The position numbers and the translations under genes are program-made. The notes beneath the pieces are model-generated. The model did not search any database, was not told the origin of the DNA, and saw only the letters and a program-made list of their open reading frames with translations. This document shows positions 41,839-55,226 of a stretch of 64,000 bases of DNA, piece after piece. How positions within the stretch are numbered: position 1 is the stretch's first letter; each line of letters begins with the position of its first letter. The DNA lies in the NCBI GenBank assembly GCA_964016885.1, contig OZ024752.1, positions 11,904,001-11,968,000 on the forward strand, read 5' to 3'. This stretch comes from Eledone cirrhosa. Its lineage: Eukaryota.

Positions 41839-42819
41839 TTATAAATCAACACGCACCCCCCCCCCCCCTCATCCAATATACCAATATAATTGTTTCTACT
41901 TTTTGGCACAAAGCCAGCAAATTACCCAGTGCATTACTGGTACTTTATTTTATCGACCCGTAAGGATGAAAGGCAAAGTTAACCTCGTAATGGTTTCTTA
42001 TATAGGCACGCGGCCAGAAAGTTTTGGGGAGGGGAAAGTCGATTAAATCGAACCCAGTGCGTGACTGGTACTTTATTTTATCGACCCCATAAGGATAAAA
42101 GGCAAAGTTAACCTCGGCGGGATTTGACCTCAGAATGGAAAAGGCCGTAACTCTATGCGTCAAAGCATGACGTCCGACCCTCTACCGATACTGCCAATCC
42201 ACCGCCCTAATGATAATAATAATAATAATAATAATGATGAAAATCAGTGTGTACAGTGCTCAGGTGCACTAAAACTCATCAAAGGTGAATGTATGGTACA
42301 TAGAATAATGTACAAATGCCAGTAAAGTGAACAATGTATGAATCATGATATACACACAGACACGTGTGCGTGTGTGTGGGAATATCAGGTGTAGTGTTGG
42401 TTACTGGTTTCAAGATACTTTTCTCCTCCCTCCAGTCTCAGAAGCTTCTAACTGTGATTAAACGGTAAACAGAATTTAAAAAATAGATGCATGATATATG
42501 TTTCAACACACGATTTCATATAAAAAAACCTTGCAAAACAAATACATCGCCCCCATCATATAACTTATTTTGGTGAATGTACTTTTCTAATTTTATGTAA
42601 AATGAAAAATAAATAAATAAATAAATAAAAACTTTTAAGGGGGGTTACTCTTGTTTTTAATCTCAGCCTGATTATTTCCCTTGAATAGACACTATCACGA
42701 TAATTTTTTTTAAAACACACAACTCGAGATTTGATCGCACTGTACCTCACCTTGGATGATGCACGTGCATGTGTGTGTGTTTGAGGAATGTATAATTACC
42801 TTTATATGCGTGTGTATAG

Positions 42820-42868
<49 letters not shown>

Positions 42869-43225
42869 TGTATGTGTATCAAATCTATGAGATTTTGATA
42901 TTTATTTTGAGAACAATACCTTAACATCAGCATGAGTGACTGGTCACAGCTGGTTTGAACAGAAAGAGGCAACAGAATTTGTGGCCGGTTACAACCAGTT
43001 TAAAACATCATATTCCACAAGAGTTAGAGTAACATTTATTGCATTTAAAAAAATTGAAATATTAAAAGCAGCGTATGACAATGAAATTGCAATAGAGTAG
43101 AGTAAGCCTTTGAACTTTCATTTGGTCCATATGATGGCGATGAAATTGTTTTGCAAGGTTCTTTGTATGAAATTGTGTGTTGAAACATATTGTTATATTG
43201 GGGGGGGGGGGGTCATGTTGTTATG

Positions 43226-43502
43226 TGGAGGCATGTGGCCTAGTGGTAAGGGTGTCGAACTTATGATCATAATGTCGTGGGTTTGATTTCTGGGTTACGT
43301 GTTGTGTTCTTAAGCAAAACGCTTCATTTCACGTTGTTCCAGTATACTCAGCTGAAAATAAGTACCAGCAATAGCTGGGGGTTTAACCCTGTGATGGACT
43401 GGCATCCTGCCCAGGGAGTGATTCTTGTATCCTCAGTCACTTCACGCCATGAAACCGGGATAAACACCAGCTAAATGGGGCTTCTGGCTTTGGACAGACT
43501 TT
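43226..43502 (+). mobile_element. tRNA-headed SINE inserted in a palindromic MITE
   Basis: TGGCCTAGTGG A-box; related copy at about 11500-11780 (-). Confidence 0.7.
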
Positions 43503-43949
43503 AAACATGTTATAATATTTGCCAGAAATATATAGTAAAACACACTGTTTGGTTTGGGTTGGTTTTCACTCCAGTATATTTTATATTTCTATAATTAATT
43601 CAGCTGGCAAGCGAAAACCAACCCAACCAAACAGTCAGTGTGTTTTATTATATATTTTTGGCAATATTATAACATGACCCTCTCCAAATATAACCATATA
43701 TTATGGCAAATGTAAAAAGGGTCATTATGCTGCAAGTGAAAGGTGTTAACCGTCTCAACTCCAGGAAAAGGTAGAAAAGGCACAACGAATGAGGTTTAAG
43801 TGAAATGGCATCACCTTGGAAATTGAAACTGGTATTTTCTTGCAAACATGCCTAATTTATAATCACCACTCAACTAGTGGTACCATCCAGCTAGTGGTAC
43901 CATTTACTACCTGTGGAACATATCAACTGGTATTACTCTCTCTATAGAC

Positions 43950-46348
43950 CAGGGGCGTACAACAGGTGGTCTGCGGGCCACAATCCGGCCCACCAGACCA
44001 GTCAGAGTGGCCCACGATGACCGTTTTTAATTTTTACCTTGTAGACTTATTTAGAATTTTCTCATAACCATAATACAATTTTCTGTTAGTTGACCTATAC
44101 TAAAGGATTTCACTAATAGGGTTATGTGTGTTATAATTTCCCAGTTAACCTATACTAAAGGGCTTTACTGATAGGGTTATGTGTGTTATAATTTCCCAGT
44201 TGACCTATACTAAAGGGCTTCACTGATAGGGTTATGTGTGTTATAATTTCCCAGTTGACCTATACTAAAGGGCTTTACTGATAGGGTTATGTGTGTTATA
44301 ATTTCCCAGTTGACCTATACTAAAGAGCTTCACTGATAGGGTTATGTGTGTTATAATTTACCAGTTGACCTATACTAAAGGGCTTTACTGATAGGGTTAT
44401 GTGTGTTATAATTTCCCAGTTGACCTATACTAAAGGGCTTCACTGATAGGGTTATGTGTTATAATTTTCCAGTTAACCTATACTAAAGGGCTTCACTGAT
44501 AGGGTTATGTGTGTTATAATTTCCCAGTTAACCTATACTAAAGGGCTTCACTGATAGAGTTATGTGTGTTATAATTTCCCAGTTGACCTATACTAAAGGG
44601 CTTCACTGATAGGGTTATGTGTGTTATAATTTCCCAGTTGACCTATACTAAAGGGCTTCACTGATAGGGTTATGTGTTATAATTTCCCAGTTAACTTTAA
44701 AGGGCTTCACTGATAGGGTTATGTGTTATAATTTCCCAGTTGACCTATACTAAAGGGCTTCACTGATAGGGTTATGTGTTATAATTTCCCAGTTAACTTA
44801 TACTAAAGGGCTTCACTGATAGGGTTATGTGTTATAATTTCCCAGTTAACCTATACTAAAGGGCTTCACTGATAGGGTTATGTGTGTTATAATTTCCCAG
44901 TGAACCTATACTAAAGGGCTTCACTGATAGAGTTATGTGTGTTATAATTTCCCAGTTGACCTATACTAAAGGGCTTCACTGATAGGGTTATGTGTGTTAT
45001 AATTTCCCAGTTGACCTATACTAAAGGGCTTCACTGATAGGGTTATGTGTTATAATTTCCCAGTTAACTTTAAAGGGCTTCACTGATAGGGTTATGTGTT
45101 ATAATTTCCCAGTTGACCTATACTAAAGGGCTTTACTGATAGGGTTATTTGTGTTATAATTTCTCAGTTAACCTATACTAAAGGGCTTCACTGATAGGGT
45201 TATGTGTGTTATAATTTCCCAGTTAACCTATACTAAAGGGCTTCACTGATAGAGTTATGTGTGTTATAATTTCCCAGTTGACCTATACTAAAGGGCTTCA
45301 CTGATAGGGTTATGTGTGTTATAATTTCCCAGTTGACCTATACTAAAGGGCTTCACTGATAGGGTTATGTGTTATAATTTCCCAGTTAACTTTAAAGGGC
45401 TTCACTGATAGGGTTATGTGTTATAATTTCCCAGTTGACCTATACTAAAGGGCTTCACTGATAGGGTTATGTGTGTTATAATTTCCCAGTTGACCTATAC
45501 TAAAGGGCTTCACTGATAGGGTTATGTGTTATAATTTCCCAGTTAACTTTAAAGGGCTTCACTGATAGGGTTATGTGTTATAATTTCCCAGTTGACCTAT
45601 ACTAAAGGGCTTCACTGATAGAGTTATGTGTGTTATAATTTCCCAATTGACCTATACTAAAGGGCTTCACTGATAGGGTTATGTGTGTTATAATTTCCCA
45701 GTTGACCTATACTAAAGGGCTTCACTGATAGGGTTATGTGTTATAATTTCCCAGTTAACTTTAAAGGGCTTCACTGATAGGGTTATGTGTTATAATTTCC
45801 CAGTTGACCTATACTAAAGGGCTTCACTGATAGGGTTATGTGTGTTATAATTTCCCAGTTGACCTATACTAAAGGGCTTCACTGATAGGGTTATGTGTTA
45901 TAATTTCCCAGTTAACTTTAAAGGGCTTCACTGATAGGGTTATGTGTTATAATTTCCCAGTTGACCTATACTAAAGGGCTTCACTGATAGAGTTGTGTGT
46001 GTTATAATTTCCCAGTTGACCTATACTAAAGGGCTTCACTGATAGGGTTATGTGTTATAATTTCCCAGTTAACTTTAAAGGGCTTCACTGATAGGGTTAT
46101 GTGTTATAATTTCCCAGTTGACCTATACTAAAGGGCTTCACTGATAGAGTTGTGTGTGTTATAATTTCCCAGTTGACCTATACTAAAGGGTTTCACTGAT
46201 AGGGTTATGTGTTATAATTTCCCAGTTCCATGTTATGGAAAGAAGTTGTGGTGAATCTTTGGAATAGTGCTTAATAAATATTAATGTCCCTAATAGTTGT
46301 TCCAATGTTCAAAAGTGGCCCATCTATGGAATATGTTACACACCCCTG
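43950..46348. mobile_element. hAT-type MITE inflated by an internal minisatellite
   Basis: Ends CAGGGG...CCCCTG, imperfect 8-bp TSD CTATAGAC/GTCTAGAC. Confidence 0.7.
44088..46227. repeat. 55/53/49-bp minisatellite, about 40 copies
   Basis: Unit GTTGACCTATACTAAAGGGCTTCACTGATAGGGTTATGTGTGTTATAATTTCCCA. Confidence 0.97.
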
Positions 46349-46365
46349 GTCTAGACCACTCAGCA

Positions 46366-46399
46366 AGTAGTAGTAGTAGTAGTAGCAGCACTTCTACTA

Positions 46400-46435
<36 letters not shown>

Positions 46436-46481
46436 CAGCAGCAGCAGTAGAAGTAGTAATAGTAATACTTGTAGTAAAAGT

Positions 46482-46548
<67 letters not shown>

Positions 46549-46850
46549 CCTGTAGTAGTAGTAGTAATAGTAGTACCTGTAGTAAAAGTAGTAGCAGCAG
46601 TAGTAGTAGTAGTAATAGTAGTAGTAATAGTAGTAGCAGCAGTAGTAGTAGTAGTAATAGTAGTAGTAATAGTAGTAATAGTAGTAGTAATAGTAGTAGT
46701 AGTAGCACCTGTAGTAGTAGTAGTAATAGTAGTACCTGTAGTAAAAGTAGCAGCAGTAGCAGCAGTAGTAGTAGTAGTAATAGTAGTACCTGTAGTAAAA
46801 GTAACACTAGTAGTAGTAGTAGTAGTGGCACCTGTAGTAAAAGTAACACC

Positions 46851-46882
<32 letters not shown>

Positions 46883-46920
46883 CGCCACCTGAAGTAACAG
46901 TAGCAGCAGTTGTAGTGGCA
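46366..46920. repeat. (GTA)n/(GCA)n trinucleotide repeat
   Basis: Direct inspection. Confidence 0.95.
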
Positions 46921-47204
46921 CTCCATCAGTTACGACAAACATTCTTGTTGATAGGATCAATAAAACAGCTTACTTGTGAAATTAACGTGCAAGTGGCTGA
47001 GCATTCCACAGACTCACATACCCTTAACATAGTTCTCAGGGAGATGCAGCATGACACAGAATGTTACAAGGTTGGCCCTTCAAATTATAGGTATAGCTCT
47101 GGTTTGCCAGCTGTGTGTACTGAAATAAAGTGTCTTGCTCAGGGGCACAGCGCACCACTGGGAATTGAACTAATGACCTTATGATCATGAACCGAATACC
47201 CTAA

Positions 47205-47790
47205 CAATAATGCAACCCATTATGCCGTGTATGCAAAAAAACAACCAGAGACCATTGATCATATAACTTCAATGTGCAGTCCTATAGCTCCAACTGAATA
47301 CCTAAACAGGCATGACAGAGCTGCACAATACATACATTGGATAATGTGTAAGCATTTTGATCTGCCCCATCAAAAGAATTGGTGGGAGCATCAACCACCT
47401 CCCGTACTTGAAAAAGGTCACATCTCAATCTTGTGGAACTTTAGCATCCAAACAGACCAAAAAATAGATGCAAATAGACCTGATATAATACTAAAGGACT
47501 TTAAAAAGAGGGTATGCCTGTTAAGGGATATGTCCGTTCCTATAGACAAGAATGTATCTATAAAAACATTTGAAAAATTGAGCAAGTATAAAGACCTGGA
47601 GATAGAGATTGGAAAAATGTGAAAGTTGAGAACTAAAACAATACCAGTGGTGGTAGGCGCTCTATGAATTATACCCAAGGGGTCTAATGATTACTTATCC
47701 CAAATCCCAGGAAACTCGCGTATAGAAGAAATAGAAAATATAGTACTAATGGGAATTGTCCATATACTAAGGAAGATTCTGTCAATATAA
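47205..47790 (+). mobile_element. R4/Dong-like non-LTR retrotransposon 3' fragment (CCHC knuckle and restriction-like endonuclease)
   Basis: CRVC..ETIDH...C, RHD, NRPDI....DMSVP...EKLSKYKDL, IPVVVGAL with stops. Confidence 0.82.
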
Positions 47791-47939
47791 ATACGTCCGT
47801 CTGGCAACTGACTTGGTAAACACCCACACAATTATTAACCATCTTGCCAACAACAACCCTGAGTGCCTTTTTCATTTCTATGTGTCTAACACACGTGGGC
47901 ATGCCTACAAAATCAGAAAACAGCACAGTTCCCATGACT

Positions 47940-48211
47940 TTCGGAAACATTTATTTCACACTCAGAGTTGCTGAATCATGGAACAAACTCCCTGCATCAG
48001 TTGTTAGCTGTCGAGACACTGCATCCTTTAAAACCTCCATCCTTCCCGAGATTCGCCAACACTACTCCTAATGTTCCCCCTCCATACACATACACACATG
48101 TATACCATGACTCATACACTATTCACTTCCCTGACATTTGTATATTATTCTATGTACTATACATGCACCTTTGACGAGTTGTAGTGCACCTGAGCACGTT
48201 ACACAATAATT

Positions 48212-48242
<31 letters not shown>

Positions 48243-48248
48243 CATTAT
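47940..48248 (+). mobile_element. CR1/L2-type LINE 3' end with (ATT)n tail
   Basis: FTLRVAESWNKLPASVV..TASFK; diverged reverse copy at about 42215-42475. Confidence 0.7.
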
Positions 48249-48659
48249 CACAAGTCTAAACACCTAAAGATACATGTGTGTGTGTGTGTGTATGTGTTCT
48301 TTCTTGAACATGGCGGACCATGTTGTTTGTTGAGATCACTGGTTGTGACTTGGTGATAACTCATATGAACATAAAGCAAGATAAATTAAATAATAATTGT
48401 TTCTACTTTTGGCACAAGGCCAGCAATCACCCAGTGTATTACTGGTACTTTATTTTATCGACCCCGTAAGGATGAAAGGCAAAGTTAACCTTGGCGGGAT
48501 TTGAACTCAGAATGGCAAGGGCCGTAACTCTAAGCGATAAATTAAATAATAATAATAATACAACTGTTGCTACTGTTCAAGTGAAATGTTACCCAGAAAT
48601 AAAAAAAGAAAAAATATTAATTTTACAGTTAATGTGGTTTGGTAAATAAATATATACAT

Positions 48660-49020
48660 CTACACCAGGTCCGAACACAAAGAAACCAAACTCCCACTGC
48701 CACTGCTTCCGTCTCTCCCACTCTTCCCATCTCTCACTATTATGAGCAAATGGGGTCCCAGGCACTGGCTGCCCTGTGGCTCTGGTGGACAGAATAGAGA
48801 AGGCATTTCCCTAGTGGATGGTGAGGGGCACGCGCTGGAAGAGCCATTCCAGCTCACGAGGTTCCCACCTGTGGATAGCCAACACTGTGCTGATGGTGGT
48901 GAGCAGGGAGGTGACCCTAGGGCCAGCCAAGGACACCAGAAGTCTCCACTGCTACAGGCTCGACTACACACCTGTTGGAGAGAGACCGATATTGAGAGAG
49001 CTTACCCTCCTCGAACTGAA
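48660..49020. repeat. dispersed repeat of unknown class, homologous to about 30050-30260 on the opposite strand
   Basis: Shared blocks GTGAGCTGGAATGGCTCTT, CAGGGCAGCCAGTG and ATAATAGTGAGAGATGGG. Confidence 0.7.
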
Positions 49021-49021
49021 G

Positions 49022-50872
49022 TGCAGTGGAACCTGGCTTAGTTGCAGACTGCACCAGGTTGCAGCTGGAGAATGTGTTGCTGTATGTGGTAGCAGAACCT
49101 GGCTTACTCGCAGACTGCACCAGGTTGCAGCTGGAGAATGTGTTGCTGTATGTGGCAGTGGAACCTGGCTTAGTTGCAGACTGCACCAGGTTGCAGCTGC
49201 AGAATGTGTTGCTGTATGTGGTAGCAGAACCTGGGTTAGTCGCAGACTGCACCAGGTTGCAGCTGGAGAATGTGTTGCTGTATGTGGCAGTGGAACCTGG
49301 CTTAGTTGCAGACTGCACCAGGTTGCAGCTGCAGAATGTGTTGCTGTATGTGGTAGCAGAACCTGGGTTAGTCGCAGACTGCACCAGGTTGCAGCTGGAG
49401 AATGTGTTGCTGTATGTGGCAGTGGAACCTGGCTTAGTTGCAGACTGCACCAGGTTGCAGCTGCAGAATGTGTTGCTGTATGTGGTAGCAGAACCTGGGT
49501 TAGTCGCAGACTGCACCAGGTTGCAGCTGGAGAATGTGTTGCTGTATGTGGCAGCAGAACCTGGGTTAGTTGCAGACTGCACCAGGTTGCAGCTGGAGAA
49601 TGTGTTGCTGTATGTGGCAGCAGAACCTGGCTTAGTTGCAGACTGCACCAGGTTGCAGCTGGAGAATGTGTTGCTGTATGTGGCAGCAGAACCTGGGTTA
49701 GTTGCAGACTGCACCAGGTTGCAGCTGCAGAATGTGTTGCTGTATGTGGCAGCGGAACCTGGGTTAGTCGCAGACTGCACCAGGTTGCAGCTGGAGAATG
49801 TGTTGCTGTATGTGGCAGCAGAACCTGGCTTAGTTGCAGACTGCACCAGGTTGCAGCTGGAGAATGTGTTGCTGTATGTGGCAGCAGAACCTGGGTTAGT
49901 TGCAGACTGCACCAGGTTGCAGCTGGAGAATGTGTTGCTGTATGTGGCAGCGGAACCTGGGTTAGTCGCAGACTGCACCAGGTTGCAGCTGGAGAATGTG
50001 TTGCTGTATGTGGCAGCAGAACCTGGCTTAGTCGCAGACTGCACCAGGTTGCAGCTGCAGAATGTGTTGCTGTATGTGGCAGCGGAACCTGGGTTAGTTG
50101 CAGACTGCACCAGGTTGCAGCTGGAGAATGTGTTGCTGTATGTGGCAGCAGAACCTGGGTTAGTCGCAGACTGCACCAGGTTGCAGCTGGAGAATGTGTT
50201 GCTGTATGTGGCAGCAGAACCTGGGTTAGTCGCAGACTGCACCAGGTTGCAGCTGCAGAATGTGTTGCTGTATGTGGCAGCAGAACCTGGGTTAGTCGCA
50301 GACTGCACCAGGTTGCAGCTGGAGAATGTGTTGCTGTATGTGGCAGCAGAACCTGGGTTAGTCGCAGACTGCACCAGGTTGCAGCTGGAGAATGTGTTGC
50401 TGTATGTGGCAGCAGAACCTGGGTTAGTCGCAGACTGCACCAGGTTGCAGCTGGAGAATGTGTTGCTGTATGTGGCAGCAGAACCTGGGTTAGTCGCAGA
50501 CTGCACCAGGTTGCAGCTGGAGAATGTGTTGCTGTATGTGGCAGCAGAACCTGGGTTAGTTGCAGACTGCACCAGGTTGCAGCTGGAGAATGTGTTGCTG
50601 TATGTGGCAGCAGAACCTGGGTTAGTTGCAGACTGCACCAGGTTGCAGCTGGAGAATGTGTTGCTGTATGTGGCAGCAGAACCTGGGTTAGTTGCAGACT
50701 GCACCAGGTTGCAGCTGGAGAATGTGTTGCTGTATGTGGCAGCAGAACCTGGGTTAGTTGCAGACTGCACCAGGTTGCAGCTGGAGAATGTGTTGCTGTA
50801 TGTGGTAGCGGAACCTGGGTTAGTTGCAGACTGCACCAGGTTGCAGCTGGAGAATGTGTTGCTGTATGTGGC
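49022..50872. repeat. 66-bp minisatellite, about 28 copies
   Basis: Unit GAACCTGGSTTAGTYGCAGACTGCACCAGGTTGCAGCTGSAGAATGTGTTGCTGTATGTGGYAGCA. Confidence 0.98.
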
Positions 50873-52739
50873 ATCCCCATTGAGAGGAACAGGAAGATGA
50901 TCATGCTCTGCTACAACAACAACACGAAGAAAAAAAAAAGTAAAGAAACAAACAATAGGTGAATATTTATTTATTTATTTACTTTTCTAACAGAACTTGT
51001 TAAGAAGAAATGGATGGACCGTGTAAAAGGTTTTCTTCTATTCTCATCATGTTTTAAAATGTAAGATACAATACCATAGATGAATTTTAAATTTAAAAAA
51101 AAAATTCAAAACATTCTAATTAAGAAAATGTAAAAAATTAAAAATACAATTTAAAAAAAGTATATATATTAACCCTTTTGATACCACTTCACCTGAAATT
51201 TCTATTATACAAAACTTAGCCATTTCAAAATGTTTGTATTTTAATGAAAGCCTTCTCTTATAATTTTATGAAAGAACATTTTGTTAAGTTATGTACTAAT
51301 AATGGAGAATTAATTGTTTTATCAACCCCACCTCCAGCATTCTCGACTATTTTCAAAAATAATTGAAATACATAAACATTGTATTTCATTAGAAATATGG
51401 TAACAAAAGGGTTAAAGTGGAAAGTGTGTTGTTTAATGCCAGGTCATTCCTGATAGAGCACACCTATGATGAAAGTTGTTCCAGTCAAAGCCATCCTTTC
51501 TTTTATTCAGACATACTGCTTCTGGGACTACATTATCGTATGTGTCCTTTTTAGGTTTTATTTTTTTTTGGGGGGGGGAGAAGATTTGGCTGTTATTTTT
51601 GCTATTTTTATTTTTGTTACCTGTTAAATGACTCTTTAGGGTCACCCTTGTTGGGTATTATGTGTAGTATATGTAGAGACATAACTAGGGTGTGGCAAGC
51701 ATGGGCACCACTTGGACTAGAAGCAGGTTCTATTAAAGTCAAATAAACCTTGTCGGAGAATGAAAAAAGAAACTCCTTCAGATATATGGTCTGTCTCTGA
51801 TTACCATGGGTGAGAAACACTATGGTAGTTGGATCATTAAACCATTTATATAAATTATTAGGCCTCCATAGGTAAAAATACAGTGCTAGGCAGGGGCACA
51901 ATTTCACTGCTTGCCATAGGCACTATTTTTATCATGGGTGAGAACACTATGGTGGTTGGATCACTGCTTGCCATAGGGGCTATTTTCCCTAGTTATGCCT
52001 CTGAGTGTATAATGAGGCTGGTCTTTTGAATAATAATTTCAGTCAATCTGATGAACTTTCACTCACACTTGCACAAGATGTCATGCACTCTACTTGATCC
52101 TCAGACTTCAAGATTCATCATCATCATTTTACATCCATTGCACCACACTTACATGGGTTGGACGGGTCCTTCTCAGTACAGCATCTCTCCACTTGTCGCA
52201 TTTGTAGAGAGAAATTATTACTCAGCCACACCTTCATTTGTTTACTTTATGCCTGGTATAGTGTATCTAGAACTACATTATTCAATGTTTTCTTCCTTGT
52301 TTGAAATGGGAAGGGGTGATTCAAGGAAAATTGGGCTGCTATTTTTAGTATGTCGATAAAAAATTAGTCATTGGTTCTATTGGAATTCATGCGGATTTAT
52401 TTGATGAATAAAAGACAAAAATATTAACAGTGTATTTATTAAGTCTATCTTCTTTTTTTAGTTGGATATTGTGATAAATTGTGATGTGAATTCTGAAAAT
52501 AATTCTTATGTCATAATTAGCTGTAAATGCATAGGCATAAGATATTGCAAATAATTGTTTCTATTTTCGGCACAAGGCCAGCAATTACCCCCAGTGTATT
52601 ACTGGTACTTTATTTTATCGACCCCCGTAAGGATGAAAGGCAAAGTTAACCTCGGCGGGATTTGAACTCAGATCACAAAGGGCCGTAACTCTATAATGCA
52701 AAGCATGGCGTCTACCGATACTGGCAATACACCGCCCTG

Positions 52740-52778
<39 letters not shown>

Positions 52779-53153
52779 TAAATAAATATCAGGAAAATAA
52801 CCCGAAATTGTAAAAAATGAAATATAATTGTTTGTGACAAATTGAAAAATTCAATCAAGATTAATGTGTTGACAAAATAAGAAAAAAACATATTTATAAT
52901 ATACACATATACATTTATGTACACATACATGCCTTTCACAGATGCATATAAACATACACACACACATATATACGCATATATGTATAATATATATATACAT
53001 CTATATACACATATATATAGATATATACATCTATATACACACATATATATATATATAAATAAACATATATCTATCTATCTATATACATATATAAACACAT
53101 ATCTATGTATATACATATATATATATATACATATATATATATACAAACACATA

Positions 53154-53231
<78 letters not shown>

Positions 53232-53239
53232 CAAACACA

Positions 53240-53292
<53 letters not shown>

Positions 53293-53518
53293 TTTAACAA
53301 GCCAAATGAATAGAATTCGTCTAAGATGGCTGTATATGTATATATATGGTTTTCTAGTTGACACTTAGCCATGGGTTAGCTCTCAGTAAGGTATTGGTCA
53401 CTGGGTCCGAGCCTTACATATTTTTTGCTTTTTTTTATATTTTGGTTTCTTTTATTATTATTATTTTTTTTAAAATTCTTGTGATAACTACATCAAAAAC
53501 AATCTCCCTATGTGCAGA

Positions 53519-53938
53519 TAACATTTCATTTGACAGAGTAACATTTCATTTGACAGAGTAACATTTCATTTGACAGAGTAACATTTCATTTGACACAGTA
53601 ACATTTCATTTGACACAGTAACATTTCATTTGACACAGTAACATTTCATTTGACAGAGTAACATTTCATTTGACAGAGTAACATTTCATTTGACAGAGTA
53701 ACATTTCATTTGACAGAGTAACATTTCATTTGACACAGTAACATTTCATTTGACACAGTAACATTTCATTTGACAGAGTAACATTTCATTTGACACAGTA
53801 ACATTTCATTTGACAGAGTAACATTTCATTTGACACAGTAACATTTCATTTGACACAGTAACATTTCATTTGACAGAGTAACATTTCATTTGACACAGTA
53901 ACATTTCATTTGACACAGTAACATTTCATTTGACAGAG
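53519..53938. repeat. 20-bp tandem array, about 21 copies
   Basis: Unit ACATTTCATTTGACASAGTA. Confidence 0.98.
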
Positions 53939-54075
53939 GTAAGATGTGGCAAAAATTACAGAGAAAAAAAAATGATTCTGGAATGATCCACAGATAAATA
54001 AGTAGTCCTTTGTTTTTATTTGTTTTTGTTGTTGTTTTTTGTAAGGTTTTATTTTTTTATATTTTCTCTTTGCAT

Positions 54076-55226
54076 CTCGGCTTATTCCTGTACTGATAAT
54101 AAAAACTAGATAATATTAGCTTTAAAGTTTCTCTCAGTCTGGGCTTATTCCTGTATTGGTGATATAAACTAGATAATATTAGCTTTAAAGTTTCTCTCAG
54201 TCTGGGCTTATTCCTGTATTGGTGATATAAACTAGATAATATTAGCTTTAAAGTTTCTCTCAGTCTCGGCTTATTCCTGTATTCGTGATATAAACTAAAT
54301 AATTGTTTCTACTTTTGGCACAAGGCCAGCAATTACTCAGTACATTACTGGTACTTTATTTTATCAACCCCGTAAGGATGAAAGGCAAATTAACCTCGGC
54401 GGGATTTGAACTCAGATCGTAAAGGGACGTAACTATGCTGGAAAGCATGTCCGACCCTCTACCGATACTGCCAATTCACCGCCTTATAAACTAGATAATA
54501 TTAGCTTTGGTGTTTCTTGCCACCCCTGGGCTTATTCCTGTACGGACAATATAATCTAAATAATATTAGCTTTGGTGTTTCTTGCCAGCCCTGGGCTTAT
54601 TCCTCTACTGACAATATAATCTAAATAATATTAGCTTTGGTGTTTCTTGCCACCCCTGGGCTTATTCCTGTACTGACAATATAATCTAAATAATATTAGC
54701 TTTGGTGTTTCTTGCCACCCCTGGGCTTATTCCTGTACTGACAATATAATCTAAATAATATTAGCTTTGGTGTTTCTTGCCACCCCTGGGCTTATTCCTG
54801 TACTGACAATATAATCTAAATAATATTAGCTTTGGTGTTTCTTGCCACCCCTGGGCTTATTCCTCTACTGACAATATAATCTAAATAATATTAGCTTTGG
54901 TGTTTCTTGCCACCCCTGGGCTTATTCCTCTACTGACAATATAATCTAAATAATATTAGCTTTGGTGTTTCTTGCCACCCCTGGGCTTATTCCTCTACTG
55001 ACAATATAATCTAAATAATATTAGCTTTGGTGTTTCTTGCCACCCCTGGGCTTATTCCTCTACTGACAATATAATCTAAATAATATTAGCTTTGGTGTTT
55101 CTTGCCACCCCTGGGCTTATTCCTGTACTGACAATATAATCTAAATAATATTAGCTTTGGTGTTTCTTGCCACCCCTGGGCTTATTCCTGTACTGACAAT
55201 ATAATCTAAATAATATTAGCTTTGGC
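54076..55226. repeat. 63-bp and 65-bp related minisatellite arrays separated by a SINE
   Basis: CTTATTCCT period 63 (54081-54270), then period 65 (54531-55181). Confidence 0.95.

Noticed and set aside
46297-47184. Poly-Val / poly-Leu ORFs
   Set aside because: Translation of a (GTA)n trinucleotide repeat.
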